Below are positions 52,551 to 64,000 of a stretch of 64,000 nt of DNA, one piece after another. Under the pieces are notes generated by a model that saw only the letters and a program-made list of their open reading frames with translations, was not told the DNA's origin and searched no databases. The DNA is taken from contig NC_086097.1 of NCBI RefSeq assembly GCF_963921235.1, positions 201,068,001-201,132,000 on the forward strand. The letters run 5' to 3'. The DNA comes from Mobula hypostoma. Lineage: Eukaryota. Position 1 is the first letter of the stretch, and each line of letters starts with the position of its first letter. Both the position numbers and the translations under genes were made by a program.

Positions 52551-54039
52551 TAATATAAAAGCAGTCTGGATGGTGAATGTTCTGATGAACTGAAGGCAAT
52601 ATTATTGCCACTTTATATTTACAATATCAAAGACTTTGTTGTTTATCAAACTGAGAGGCTGAACATCACATCAGTTTTTCCTTGCACTTGTGTGAACCCT
52701 GCCAGTCTGTAGGATCGAATAGTTCTCTATTTTATTCTCTTTAGACCCCACAGTGAAGAATATGAAATATGTGGTCTGTCTAAAAAAAATTATTTTCATG
52801 CAACGCTATTTGACTATCAATGCAAAGGTCATGAGATACTGCCTGGAGGGCTCCAGTTGCAAAATGGCTCAAAGTACTGGCAAATTGTCTACAATTGGCA
52901 ATGTATTTCCATGTGGAAGTGCTCTTTCTCCAGAGCCCGGTGTACCTCTTTCTTTTAAAAACATACCCAGTTCTTTTTTGTAATTTACTAGGAGAAATGA
53001 TATCTGGTTATCCTTTAGAGACAGAGGGTGCTTGCTCCCGTGTCAGTCCTGTGGTTTCCAGCAAGAGGTAATACAATTATATATAATTAGATAATAATAA
53101 GATTGAATATCATTACTCTATTACTTAAAGAATCACATTCTTTTGCAATCCCCAGCTTCAGAGCTCCCACCAAAGTCTGAGATTAAACTCCATAATTTCA
53201 ATTCTTACATGACTCTTGAAATTAAGATGTAGTTACAGTGTCACCAGACCTAGCATGACAGCTTTGATGCTTTAGGATGATTTCACTCAAATCAACTACT
53301 CTTTGCGTATTGATGCAAGAATATCATTCTTTTATCTTTCAACCAATTGGTCCTTGAACCAACCTGCATAATCTTAATCACAACTCAGTAAAGCAACACC
53401 ATGCCCAACTTGACTGTTTGGTACTACAATGGATTTCATTACGTTTTAATTCTAGTTATGTCTGTTCTTGTATGATTTTGTATAATGTATGTTTAATTTG
53501 TTTTTCTTGTAAATGCTGTGTATCTGATGCAATGTCCCTGTAGCATTGTAAATGTTTCATTGCACTTGCACATACTTGTACTTGTGCATATGACAATAAA
53601 CTTAACTTTGACCTACTCCATTTGTGCTACAACTTGCAGGCAAGCTTGTTCCTGGTAAGTTTTTGCTGCCTCTCATTCAATGCCATTGTGTAGTTCAAAA
53701 GAACGTGCGCCAGTTAACACTGTAAGATTATTTTGGAAGAGATAGAAGTCACAGGTGACAGTATGTGAAAGCTATAAAATATACTTGCGAGGCTAACTGC
53801 ATGCCCACGTTTCTAGCTGGTAGAGTATTTGAGATCTTGATATAATTTTTAACTGATTGAAATTACAGCTCGATGAGCATTGGGAGTATTGAGATGTATG
53901 GAATATCTAAGTCTGGTGGCACACTTGGTAATATATTGTATTTGAAGATGTATTTACTGACCATGACCATCTTTTATACTCATTAGCAGTAGTGGTGCAA
54001 GCACTCAAATTATGTGTGATATTCTCCTAAGGCCTCCTA

Positions 54040-54500
54040 AGGTGGGTTCTCAGATGGCTGTAGAGACTGATCTGGGATCCATATGTTTTGGTGCAGTGTG
54101 AGCAAGAGTAAGTGGTGTGTGTGATGAGTGACTGGGGTTTTTGCTTGTTCCGTCTCTCCTTTTGCAGCTGTTACTTGTTCTTTGCGCCACAGCAGAGGCT
54201 GCTCTCATGCAGCCTCTTGAACAGATTTCCTCCAGGTGTATCTATTAAGTGCAATGTCTTCCCAGTTTTTAGGTGGAATGTTGAATGTCTTCAGGCTGAT
54301 TTTGATGTTATCTTTGAAGCTCATGGAATATATCCTTAGGACATTCCATTGACCACCGTGGCTATCAGCTTTTGAGTATGTGTTACTTGCTCCATCTGGA
54401 TACAGAATATCTTTCCATTCGAAATTCTCCATCAAAGTCAGAGCTCATTCATGCCTACACTGTGCAGTCCTTCCTGTCTTCCAGATGAGATTCATTTCCT
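54040..54500 (-). mobile_element. RTE-type LINE C-terminal remnant
   Basis: SHGGQ...FKDNIKISLKTFNIPPKNWEDIALNRYTWRKSVQEA, typical of the RTE ORF C-terminus. Confidence 0.65.
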
Positions 54501-54993
54501 GAAGAATTCCCAACACTACTCCAGCCACAAAGTACCCACTCTTTAAGAGACACAGAAGTGTTTCCAGCAGTGCAAGATAGCTCTAATGGTGCTAGGAAAT
54601 GACGGTTTCGGGCCCCTGCTGATATGTGCAGTCAATAAACAGCATGCTAGAGCTGAATGCATGCAGTAATCACCCTTAGCAGCAGGCAGCACAAAGATAG
54701 CATAAAGCTTGCATTTGAAACAATGGCCTTGGTTTAATCATGTATTGAGATCATGTGCCCATATTTAAGGGCTATCCAATTTAGACCCTATAATTATACA
54801 ATTTCTTAAAATGAAATGATCGAATGTGAGCATACAGCTGTTAGGTTGTTGGGACAATGCCATAATCATAGCTGTACTGCACCAGAATAACCGGGGCGGG
54901 AGGAGTACATCAAAAGTTGTATGTGGGGCAATAATAGAAACAGAAAATACTGGAAATTCTCGCAAGGTCAGACAGCATCTGCAGAGAGAGAAA

Positions 54994-55886
54994 TATATAA
55001 CCATATAACAATTACAACGTGGAAACAGGCCATCTCGGCCCTTCTAGTCCATGCCGAACTCTTACTCTCACCTAGTCCCAACGACCTGCACTCAGTCCAT
55101 AACCCTCCATTCCTTTCCCGTCCATATAGCTATCCAATTTAACTTTAAATGACAACATCGAACCTGCCTCAACCACTTCTGCTGGAAGCTCGTTCCACAC
55201 AGCTACCGCTCTCTGAGTAAAGAAGTTCCCCCTCATGTTACCCCTAACTTTTGCCCTTTAACTCTCAACTCATGTCCTCCTGTTTGAATCTCCCCTACTC
55301 TCAATGGAAAAAGCCTATCCATGTCAACTCTATCTCTCCCCCTCATAATTTTAAATACCTCTATCAAATCCCTCCTCAACCTTCTACATTCCAAAGAATA
55401 AAGACCCAACTTGTTCAACCTTTCTCTGTAACTTAGGTGATGAAACCCAGGTAACATTCTAGTAAATTCTCTCTGTACTCTCTCTATTTTGTTGACATCT
55501 TTCCTATAATTCAGTGACCAGAACTGTACACAATACTCCAAGTTTGGCCTTGTACAATTTCAACATTACATCCCAACTCCTATACTCCATGCTCTGATTT
55601 ATAAAGGCCAGCATACCAAAAGCTTTCTTCACCACCCTATCTGCATCAGATTCCACCTTCAGGGAGTTATGCACCATTATTCCTAGATCCCTCTGTTCTA
55701 CTGCATTCTTCAATGCCCTACCATTTACCATGTATGTCCTATTTTGATTAGTCCTGCCAAAATGTTGCACCTGACATTTATCAGCATTAAACTCCATCTG
55801 CCATCTTTCAGCCCACTCTTCTAACTGGCCTAAATCTCTCTGCAAGCTTTGAAAACCAACTTCATTATCCACAACCCCACCTATCT
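54994..55886 (-). mobile_element. CR1 3' fragment, (GTTATATG)n-tail subfamily, inserted in an old pLTR-like remnant
   Basis: LQRDLGQLEEWAERWQMEFN and EYCVQFWS. Flanks at 54937-54993 and 55890-56035 resemble degenerate inverted Penelope pLTR ends. Confidence 0.9.
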
Positions 55887-56034
55887 TTTTTCTCTCAAAC
55901 TTTTTTTTATCTTTTTTAACTTTTTTTCTTTAAGCAGATTTAACATTTCAAGTTTCTAACTCTGAAACCTGAAACAGTGACTCCTTTTCTCTCCCTAAGT
56001 GCTGCTTGACCCACTAATTATTTCCAGCAAGTTT

Positions 56035-56108
56035 TATGCTTTGGGACTGTTGTCCAGCAATGAAGAAAACAACATTCCTTCATTGCTGGACAACAGTCCC
56101 AAAGCATA
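56035..56108. repeat. Perfect 31-bp inverted repeat with 12-nt loop
   Basis: TATGCTTTGGGACTGTTGTCCAGCAATGAAG (56035-65) and CTTCATTGCTGGACAACAGTCCCAAAGCATA (56078-108). Confidence 0.95.
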
Positions 56109-56539
56109 GTGAATCACTTGGTGTGCTGTTTGGAAATGATGCTGAAGCCGGTGTTGCCATTGTCACTCCAAAATCGGTGAGGCTTTTGGAAAGATTCTGA
56201 GCTTCTCCAGTACAGGTTGATAATTTTAACAAAATGCCTGATCATTAATAATTGAACACTAATTTCCATTCAAATTTTGAATGAATGCTCTGGAATAAAG
56301 TCGAATTATAGTAGATTACTTATGGAATACTACCCTTATGCAAAAATTGATAAAGTGTGTATTTTCTATCATACTATGTGAGAAATGGCTCATTGGAAAA
56401 TAAAGGTGGCAGAGATTTTGTGGAGCTGGGTGACTTCTTTGTTCATTCCCAAAACAGCTTAAATTTCTGTTCTCAAGTCTGTGTGTTCCTCTTCAAGGTG
56501 GCTGGGGTCCTGTCAGAGTTCATGATCTACAGCTGCACT

Positions 56540-57216
56540 CAAACTGCGTTCTTCATGGACGATGGATTCTTCCTCCTCTGAACTTGCTGAGCGGTCTGAG
56601 CTTTGGTATCTCCAGGAGCGGCTTAGAAGATGTGCACATTCAGGGTGCGGCCCTGATGATGACCCAATTCCTCACTGACGTTGTGGGAGATTGAAACATC
56701 GAGGCTGCGGGTGCAACTAGCAGAAGCTTCTGTACTTGAGTGATCACTCTCTCTCTCTCAATGGTAGGAGAGGGTTTGTTGATCCTCAAGTCAGAGGAAT
56801 GCAAAATAAGTGATACTGCAGACTCTAACATTTAAACAGTGAGTTGCTGGCCTCTTCTCTCACTGTGGCAGAGTGATATCTCACTCTCATTTGTGAGACA
56901 GAGGGCCTGTTGAGCTGTCAAGGTGTTGGGATGAACAGTAGTTTTTGATGGACTATAGATCATGGTCTTCAGAGGCTTGCTATTGCTTGAATGGTGGGTG
57001 ATGGTGGTCTGATGATTTTGCTGGAACAAGTGCGGGAAGGGTTGGTTTTGCTGTTGCTATTGTGTGGGGGAACGGGGAGGTGGGCTCTGGGGTTCTATTG
57101 TTTTCTGTCATTCATTCTTCTTTTCTCCCCATTTCGTGGGTGTCTGTGAAGAGTAAAGATTTCAAGTTGTATACTCTATACTTTCTCTGACATTAAATTG
57201 AACCATTGAACCATTG
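56540..57216 (+). repeat. Non-coding retroposon-like repeat with (TTGAACCA)n tail
   Basis: GC-richer body ending ATTAAATTGAACCATTGAACCATTG, with no recognisable ORF. Confidence 0.45.
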
Positions 57217-57699
57217 TAAAGTCATCAGATAGTTTTGAGTCTTTTGTGATTTCTTTAAGTCTGTATGCTCTGTAATTTGGTAACTGACTACTCAATCACT
57301 GGAAGCAGTTCTTCCTATTGATCAAAAGCCTTATTAATTTAAACACCTCGCCTTAACATTCCATGACACATGAAGAACAATAGCAGTTTTTCTTGTCTTT
57401 ATAAAACTTAAATCTTTCATCCTAGTTCCTTTCTAGTAAATGTTCTCCTTACTTTCTCCAAGGTTTCAATTTCCTTCCTGCAGCATGGTGAATGGATCAA
57501 GTGCTTAACCGATGTGTTAAATAGGATTATCATAACCTCATTCCTTTTCTGGACAACACTCCACTTATGAAGCTAAAGGTGCTATTCCGCCGGAGTCCAT
57601 TGCTCTACTTTTTTAAAAAAAGTACCAGATTATACTTGTAACACACATCAAAGTTGCTGGTGAACGCAGCAGGCCAGGCAGCATCTCTAGGAAGAGGTA

Positions 57700-57737
57700 C
57701 CGTCGACGTTTCAGGCCGAGACCCTTCATCAGGACTA
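57700..57737 (-). ncRNA. Minimal type I hammerhead ribozyme motif (GUC triplet)
   Basis: UAGUC-CUGAUGA-AGG(GUCUCGG)CCU-GAAACGUC^GACGG. Confidence 0.75.
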
Positions 57738-57762
57738 ATCTCTTACTAACTCTTCCTTCAGT

Positions 57763-57800
57763 TAGTCCTGACGAAGGGTCTCGGCCTGAAACGTTGACGG
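57763..57800 (+). ncRNA. Minimal type I hammerhead ribozyme motif (GUU triplet)
   Basis: UAGUC-CUGACGA-AGG(GUCUCGG)CCU-GAAACGUU^GACGG. Confidence 0.7.
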
Positions 57801-58816
57801 TACCTCTTCCTAGAGATGCTGCCTGGCCTGCTGCGTTCACCAGCAACTTTGATGTGTGTTGCTTGAATTTCCAGCATCTGCAGAATTCCTGTTGTTTGCA
57901 GTTTATACTTGTTTTCCTTTTTCCTGCCAAGAGGCATCACATCATGTCACACTTCCCTATCATGATTGCAAGCTTATTTACTATATTTCTGAGCTATGTG
58001 TTATCTGAAAACTTTGTAAGAATGCCCTGTAAATAATGTCCAAGTCATTAATAATGGATCAAAAAAGTAGTAGTTCAACAATGATCTCTGGGGAACAGAC
58101 CTGCATACGTTCAAATCCAAAATATTATCAAATCTTGACGTGTTTTGTGTCAATCACTTGTGAAACAACTGCACATCAATGCTGTGCTTTCTATCACTTA
58201 TCTAGTTTCATATTCATACAACCACCGTTCTATTAATCCATGACTTTCAATTTTTGCTACATCTATCACCTATTCAAATCCAATTTTTCAGTTGCATAAT
58301 ATTAACACTCAATAAAATAGAACAGTATAACCCCATTATTCTCATTACTTATCTCATTATTTATCAAACTGATTTTTAATGAAAATCTAGTGGTAAATCC
58401 ACAATGTAAAAATGTAACCAGTGTGATAAACTATGATAATATTGCTGACATAATAAAGAAAGGATAACTTGCAAATATATAGCTTATTTTTATGATCAAT
58501 TATGATTTAATACTTCAAAAGTACTAATGAACTACTTTTTGAAGTGTAGTCATTGTTATAATGAAGGATAGTGACAGTCTATTTGTGCACGTCAGAATCC
58601 AGTGAACAGCAGCATCATAATGTCCAGATAAGAAAACTCCTTTAATGATCATTGTCGAGACATAGGCATTAGCAGGGCACATGAGACTTTGCCATTTTTA
58701 GAGAGAAGTGAGATCCTTGAAAAATTATTTTGAGATTCATAAATAATTTGCACTATTGAGATTTACAATGGTCAACCAATACCTTGATGCACCATCCAAA
58801 ACAAAATTGATGACGG

Positions 58817-59588
58817 TGTTACGTACCCTGTAACTGGGTTGTCAAACCAGCAGAAATGGATCACTCAGTTGGAGTCTGGATTACTAGAACTAAGAAAGTT
58901 TTATTAAAGAAACAAGCAACACAGTAATCGAAAGGATAATAAATGCAACAGTTCAGCAATGATAAACACACATGTGCATAGAATTAAGATAACAGCATCA
59001 ATCTAGCTCTATCGTTGTCTAGGGGTAAATGACCAAATTTCAAAGTGACACAAAAGTTCAGTCCAATTTAGTTCAGTTCGCAGTAATCGTTGCCATGGCA
59101 ATGGACAACGTGGGGGGAGGGAGAGAGAGAACGGGAATGACTGATCATTCAGAAATGGCTTCCACTCACAGACCGGCGATATTGCTCACAAGCAGCTTTC
59201 GGGCAGGTCCTTGGTGATGTCACCTGAGGTCACTGACTGTGACCCCTCCTCGAGATGCGGTCGATCCTCTGCAGTGAACTCGGCACCCAAGCGAGGGTGG
59301 ACACACACCGGGTTCCCGCTGATCGTACCTTTCCACCCTGTGCGTTTAAGGTCCGATACTTCCCACCGACTCGTGAGAGGTGCACCGCTTCCAGGGTCTC
59401 GTTACCTCGGGTGTCGTGTGTTGTCCTGCCTTAGCGAACCTGTCCCTTTTTATCCCCCTGCTGGGGTATCGCCTGTCCATCACTTCAAACAGTTCAGGGT
59501 TCAAAGGGGGAGCCGCTCTCTCTCTCCCGTCCCTTCATGACACATCTCCAGATGCTGTTTCATTGTGTTCCTTATCTCTCTCATGCCA
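58817..59588 (-). mobile_element. Probable solo LTR (Gypsy-like)
   Basis: Starts TGTTACG and ends TCATGACA (59542) or TCATGCCA (59588). CpG-rich. On the minus strand a TATA-like GATAAAAA (59447-54) lies upstream of AATAAA (58900-05). No clean TSD is visible. Confidence 0.6.
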
Positions 59589-59879
59589 CTGTATCATCGA
59601 CTAACACTCTATTTCTGTATCTTGACTCTGTTTCAACACTGATGCCACAACCACTAAATTCTCCAGTTCAATAAACAAGAAACAGATATTTTAGTATCTG
59701 TAGTATCTTTGAGGACTTGAAGTGGAAATTTGTTAACAAACTATGTTCTGCAGTCATTTACAGAGTTGTCTTCTCTGCTGTGCTCCATCAATTTTGTTCC
59801 AGTTAGTAACAAAGCTTTAAGTTTCCTCTTGAACAGTTGCTTCGTGTTCATTACCTCTTCCAGGGAACTTCATTTTAGT

Positions 59880-61392
59880 TCCCGCCCTGAAACACTACTA
59901 AGTATACACCCCACATTGTTGCGACCTCTGGGAGAGCTTCAGTCTCCCTGATACTGCATCTACACAAAGTGCATCAAGCTGGAGCACCTTAGTGGCCACG
60001 TTAAGGAACTGGTGCTGCAACTCATTGACCTTTGGCTTATATGGGAGAATGAAAAGGTTATAGATAGGAGGTAGTCACCCCTGAGTTTTAGGAGATAGGT
60101 ACCGGGACTACTGTCAGGAGAAGGGAAGGGAATAGGAAGCTAGTGCAAAGTGCTCCAATGGCTGTTCCCCTCAATCATAAATATATCGCTTTGGATACTT
60201 TTGGGATGGTGGGGGACGATGTAGTGGGGGAAGTCGCCGCAACTGGGTCTCTAGCACTAAGTCTGGCTTTGTGGCTCAGAAGGGAAGAGGAGAACAGAAG
60301 AGTGCAGTAGTGATAGGGGATTCCATAATTTGAGGAGCAGACACGAGATTCTGGGGACATAAAAAAAAATAGACACCTGGATAATACTTTGTCTCCCAGG
60401 TTCCAGGGTCATGGACGCCTCAGATCAGGTCCTCAGCATTCTAAAGCGGGTGAGTGAGCCAGAAGCTGTACTACATATTGGTACCAACAACATCGGTAGG
60501 AAAAGAGAGAAGGTCCTGAAGAGAGAATATAGTGAGTTCGGAAGAAAGCTGAACAGCAGCACCTCCAGGGTAGTAATCTCTGGATTGCTGCCTGTGCCAT
60601 GTGTCAGTGAGAGAAAGCAAAGGATGATTTGGCAGATAAATGCGTGGCTAGGGAATTAGTCCAGGTGGCAAGGTTTCATATTTCTGGATCACCAGGATCT
60701 TTTCTGGCAAAGGTATGACTTGTACAAAAAGGACTGGTTACACCTGAACCTGAGGGTGACCAATATCACTATGGGCAGATTTTCTAGAGCTTTTGTGGAG
60801 AGTTTAAACTAATTTGGCAAGGAGATGGGAATTGCAGTGATGGGGATGATGATGGTATACAATTGGATGAAGTATGTAGTGACACTGTAAGGAAGGACAG
60901 ACTGAAGCTAGGGCAAAATTGCAGTCAGTGAGATGAGTTGAAGTGTAACACAGGGGCAAAATTGAGAAGGGTGATGAATACAGAATTGAAGGTGTTATAT
61001 TTGCATACAAACAGTATATGGAATAAGGTAGATGAGCTTGTAACACAGATAGAGATTGGCAGGTATGACAATGTGGGCATCAGTGAGTCATGGCTGAAAG
61101 AAGATCATAGTTGGGAACTTAACATTCAAGGATACAGGTTGTATCAAAAGGACAGGCAAATAGGCAGAGGGAGCATGGTGGCTTTGTTGGTCAATCTGTG
61201 GAATTTATTGCCACAGACGGCTGTGCAGGCCATGTAATTGAGTTTATTTAAAGTGAAGCTTGATGGTTCTTGATTAATCAGGGCATCAAAGATTATGGGA
61301 GAAGGCAGGAGATTGGGATTTAGGAGGATAATAAATCAGCCAGATGGAGCAGACCAGATGGGTCTAATCCAGCTTCTATGAATTATGGTCTA
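59880..61392 (+). mobile_element. Internally deleted CR1: ORF1 + APE start fused to the 3' end
   Basis: VVIGDSI, VLHIGTNN, LYLHTNSI and VGISESW, then GSMVALLV|NLWNLLPQTAV joins directly to the ORF2 C-terminus and 3' UTR. Confidence 0.85.
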
Positions 61393-63404
61393 ATTTTCCC
61401 CATTGACCTCAGTCAGTAATCACATCATAAGATAGAATAATAGGCACAAAGCTGAAAGCACATGACAATTGAAGAGCGCTCCCCCACCCCTCAAAAAAAG
61501 CAAAAGGAGCAAAGCATACCGGATCCAAATACTCAAAATGAAAAATAGGATCCTTTGGAGATTTTAAATATGTATCATTAATGACCTTCACCCCACAACC
61601 ACAGCCAAGTAAAATGATTGCCTTTTCCCACATGGTACCAATTGCATTGAAGATAAAGTCTGAAAATGAGCCACAAGAGAGAGCAGAGGATCTAATAGCC
61701 AAAGCCACTAAACTTACTGACAGGATAAATTCCATTATAGGAAGAGAGAAGTATAATGGATGGCCAAATTTATACCTAGACCCATCCATTAGAATGCACT
61801 GCTTAGGAGTCAGGAGAGACCAGTACCCAACTTAACTCTAAGAAAAATCACACCAGGACTGTCAGAAATCTAAGTTTTACCAAGTTTGATGCCTGAAAAG
61901 AGTACGGGAATATGAATCTTGAAGAAGAATCTTCAGCATTGACAACATTTATCACACTGTTAGAATGCTAGAAGTTTAAACTATTTACTTTTTGGTCTCA
62001 GAGTAAATTAAGTCATGTTTCAGTAGAAAGTAAACAAGCTAAACAAAGGATGCAAGGAAGCAGGAAGCCTGTTAGATGACACCCAATCATAGAGGCACAG
62101 AATCATACAGCACCAAAACAGACTCTTCAGCCGACCAAACCCATGCCAACCATCTTATCTATAATAATTCTATTTAGCTACATTCTACGTACTGGAAATT
62201 GAAGTACTCTCCTTTATATTTCTTGAACGTTGTGCAAGTTCCTGCCTCCACCACCTTTCCACACATACATTCTTCTTGGTTTATCTTTAGTCCCTTGCTC
62301 CATGGAGTTAGTTGTGGGGTGACAGGTGAAAGGAATACCTTTCAGAAAGGACTTTTTTCCAACAGAAATTCAGTTTACGGGCATTTGTTCTGAATATTGA
62401 ACCTTCCTATAATCTCTGCTTCATGTGGAAAGTAAAACCACATTATGGGATTGAGGTTTGAGTTTGGCAGACTGGTCCCTCATGCAGAAATTAACTGTGA
62501 GCAATAAACACAAGACACCTAACATAGAGCTTTGGTACAGCAACACCCTAATCCTAATAGCAGTTTTGAACCAGGTAAAAATTGGATAGGAAGTGTTTGA
62601 AAAGGCCAGCTCATAGCACTGGTGCCTTTTATAACAGGAATGTAATGCTTTATGCTAAATGAAATTTCAGGGTCATAGCATCTAATCTACATCCTGAACT
62701 TAAGTAGTTTGCAAAAAAAATTACACAGAATTACCCACTGATCTATCCCATCTTTGCCTTGATTCAGTCTTGCAGTTTGCCAAACCCAATAAATTTCTAT
62801 TTTTATTTGTCTTGGGATTCCATCCAAGCTCATATCCAAGTTATTTAATTATGATAGAATTCAATGCCTTTAAATTAATTAAGAATCAAAACCATTGTGT
62901 GGACATTAGACTATAAAACTGTAAGTTTATTTGATTAAAAAAACTTCTAAATTTACTCAGCTGGTATTAATATTCAGGCTAAAAAGTAGGAAAAGATCTA
63001 GAAGTTTAGAACTAGGAGCAGGAATTGTGACATGATTTGGGGAATGAGTATTAAGCATTACATTACTTTTATATGATTTGGTTCAGTGTTCAAATTTTCC
63101 ATTTTATTATCAAAATACGTGATTTTTTTGTGACTTTTCTGCATACTAAAAGGTGATTTGGTATTATATTCACATAAAGCATTATAAAGTAGCTGCCAAT
63201 GTTTTACAAAATGTAAAGAAAGAATAGTTTTGAAATCAATACGAAAATTAAAAGAAGTTAATTTAGCAACAGTAAAATTGCACTTTCCTCCAAATAGCTT
63301 ATTAGCCCAGAGAGCAGCACAAGGAATTAGCACTAAGAGATTTTAGTACTTAATGACTAACTTGCAAATGATACTTCACAGTTAGGGAAAAGAGGTTTAA
63401 AAAA

Positions 63405-63730
63405 AGTTCAAAGTAAATTTACTATCAAAGTATACATGTGTCACTTTCATTTTACTTCATTCACAGTAAATACAAAGTAATATAATAGAAACAATGAAGA
63501 ACTACACACAAACAAAAACTAATGTGCGAATGGCAACAAATTGTACAAATACAAAATAATAAATAAATAAATAAATATTGAGAATGTTAATTATAGATTC
63601 CTTGAATGTGAGTCCATGGGCTGTGGAATCAGTTCATTATTATGGTGTGTGAAGTTATCCACACTGGTTCAGGAGCCCTTGGTTGAGGGGTAACAACTGT
63701 TTCTGAACCTGATGGTGAGGAACCTAAGAC
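63405..63730 (-). mobile_element. Rex1/Babar-type LINE 3' end
   Basis: Minus strand TIRFRNSCYP followed by a 3' UTR ending in ACTTTGAACTTT. Confidence 0.6.
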
Positions 63731-63732
63731 TT

Positions 63733-64000
63733 ATATATAACCATACAACAATTACAGCATGGAAACAGGCCGTCGTGGCCTTTCTAGTCCATGCCGAACA
63801 CACTCACCTAGTCCCACCGACCTGCACTCAGCCCATAACCCTCCATTCCTTTCCTGTCCATATATCTATCCAATTTAACTTTAAATGACAACATCGAACC
63901 TGCCGCAACCACTTCTGCTAGAAGCTTGTTCCACACAGCTACTACTCTCTGAGTAAAGAAGTTCACCCTCATGTTACCCCTAAACTTTTGCCCTTTAACT
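63733..64000 (-). mobile_element. CR1 3' end, (GTTATATG)n-tail subfamily, running off the window
   Basis: Near-identical to 54994-55262. Confidence 0.9.

Larger units (their letters stand above)
57640..57902. mobile_element. Fold-back Penelope pLTR mini-element with two hammerheads, 10-bp TSD
   Basis: Arms 57640-57738 and 57762-57860 (99 bp, 2 mismatches by eye), 23-nt spacer and ~42-nt tail. TSD TTATACTTGT at 57630-39 and 57903-12. Confidence 0.92.

Noticed and set aside
15576..58036. Recurrent short ORFs 'LLVNAAGQAASLGRGTV' / 'PLPRDAAWPAAFTS'
   Set aside because: They are translations of the non-coding pLTR repeat, with variable starts and stops between copies.
61409..61835. Overlapping 126-aa (-) and 84-aa (+) ORFs in non-CR1 sequence
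   Set aside because: No recognisable domain or convincing splice signals. Consistent with chance ORFs or a very old TE remnant.

Overview
Eukaryotic, repeat-dominated genomic DNA. It is most likely a cartilaginous fish such as a ray or shark, inferred from HE1/V-SINE-like SINEs, esterase-bearing CR1 LINEs and Penelope elements. I could not support any host protein-coding exon, rRNA, tRNA or CRISPR array. Every long ORF belongs to a retroelement. The window holds about 20 CR1 LINE copies or fragments from at least three subfamilies, including a full-length decayed copy at 16.3-20.3 kb and a copy at 49.3-52.5 kb whose ORF2 is one frameshift from intact. It also holds Penelope-like elements (RT + GIY-YIG), Rex1/Babar, RTE and L2-type fragments, V-SINEs, a Tc1-type MITE and a probable solo LTR. 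The most interesting signal is a family of ~190-260 bp fold-back insertions made of Penelope pseudo-LTR sequence, each flanked by a 10-14 bp TSD. They carry minimal hammerhead ribozyme motifs, on both strands in the 57.6-57.9 kb copy. Other points of interest are a six-insertion nested stack in one old CR1, a ~1.9 kb tail-to-tail CR1 inverted repeat, a perfect 31-bp hairpin at 56.0 kb and several repeat-free, enhancer-like islands.
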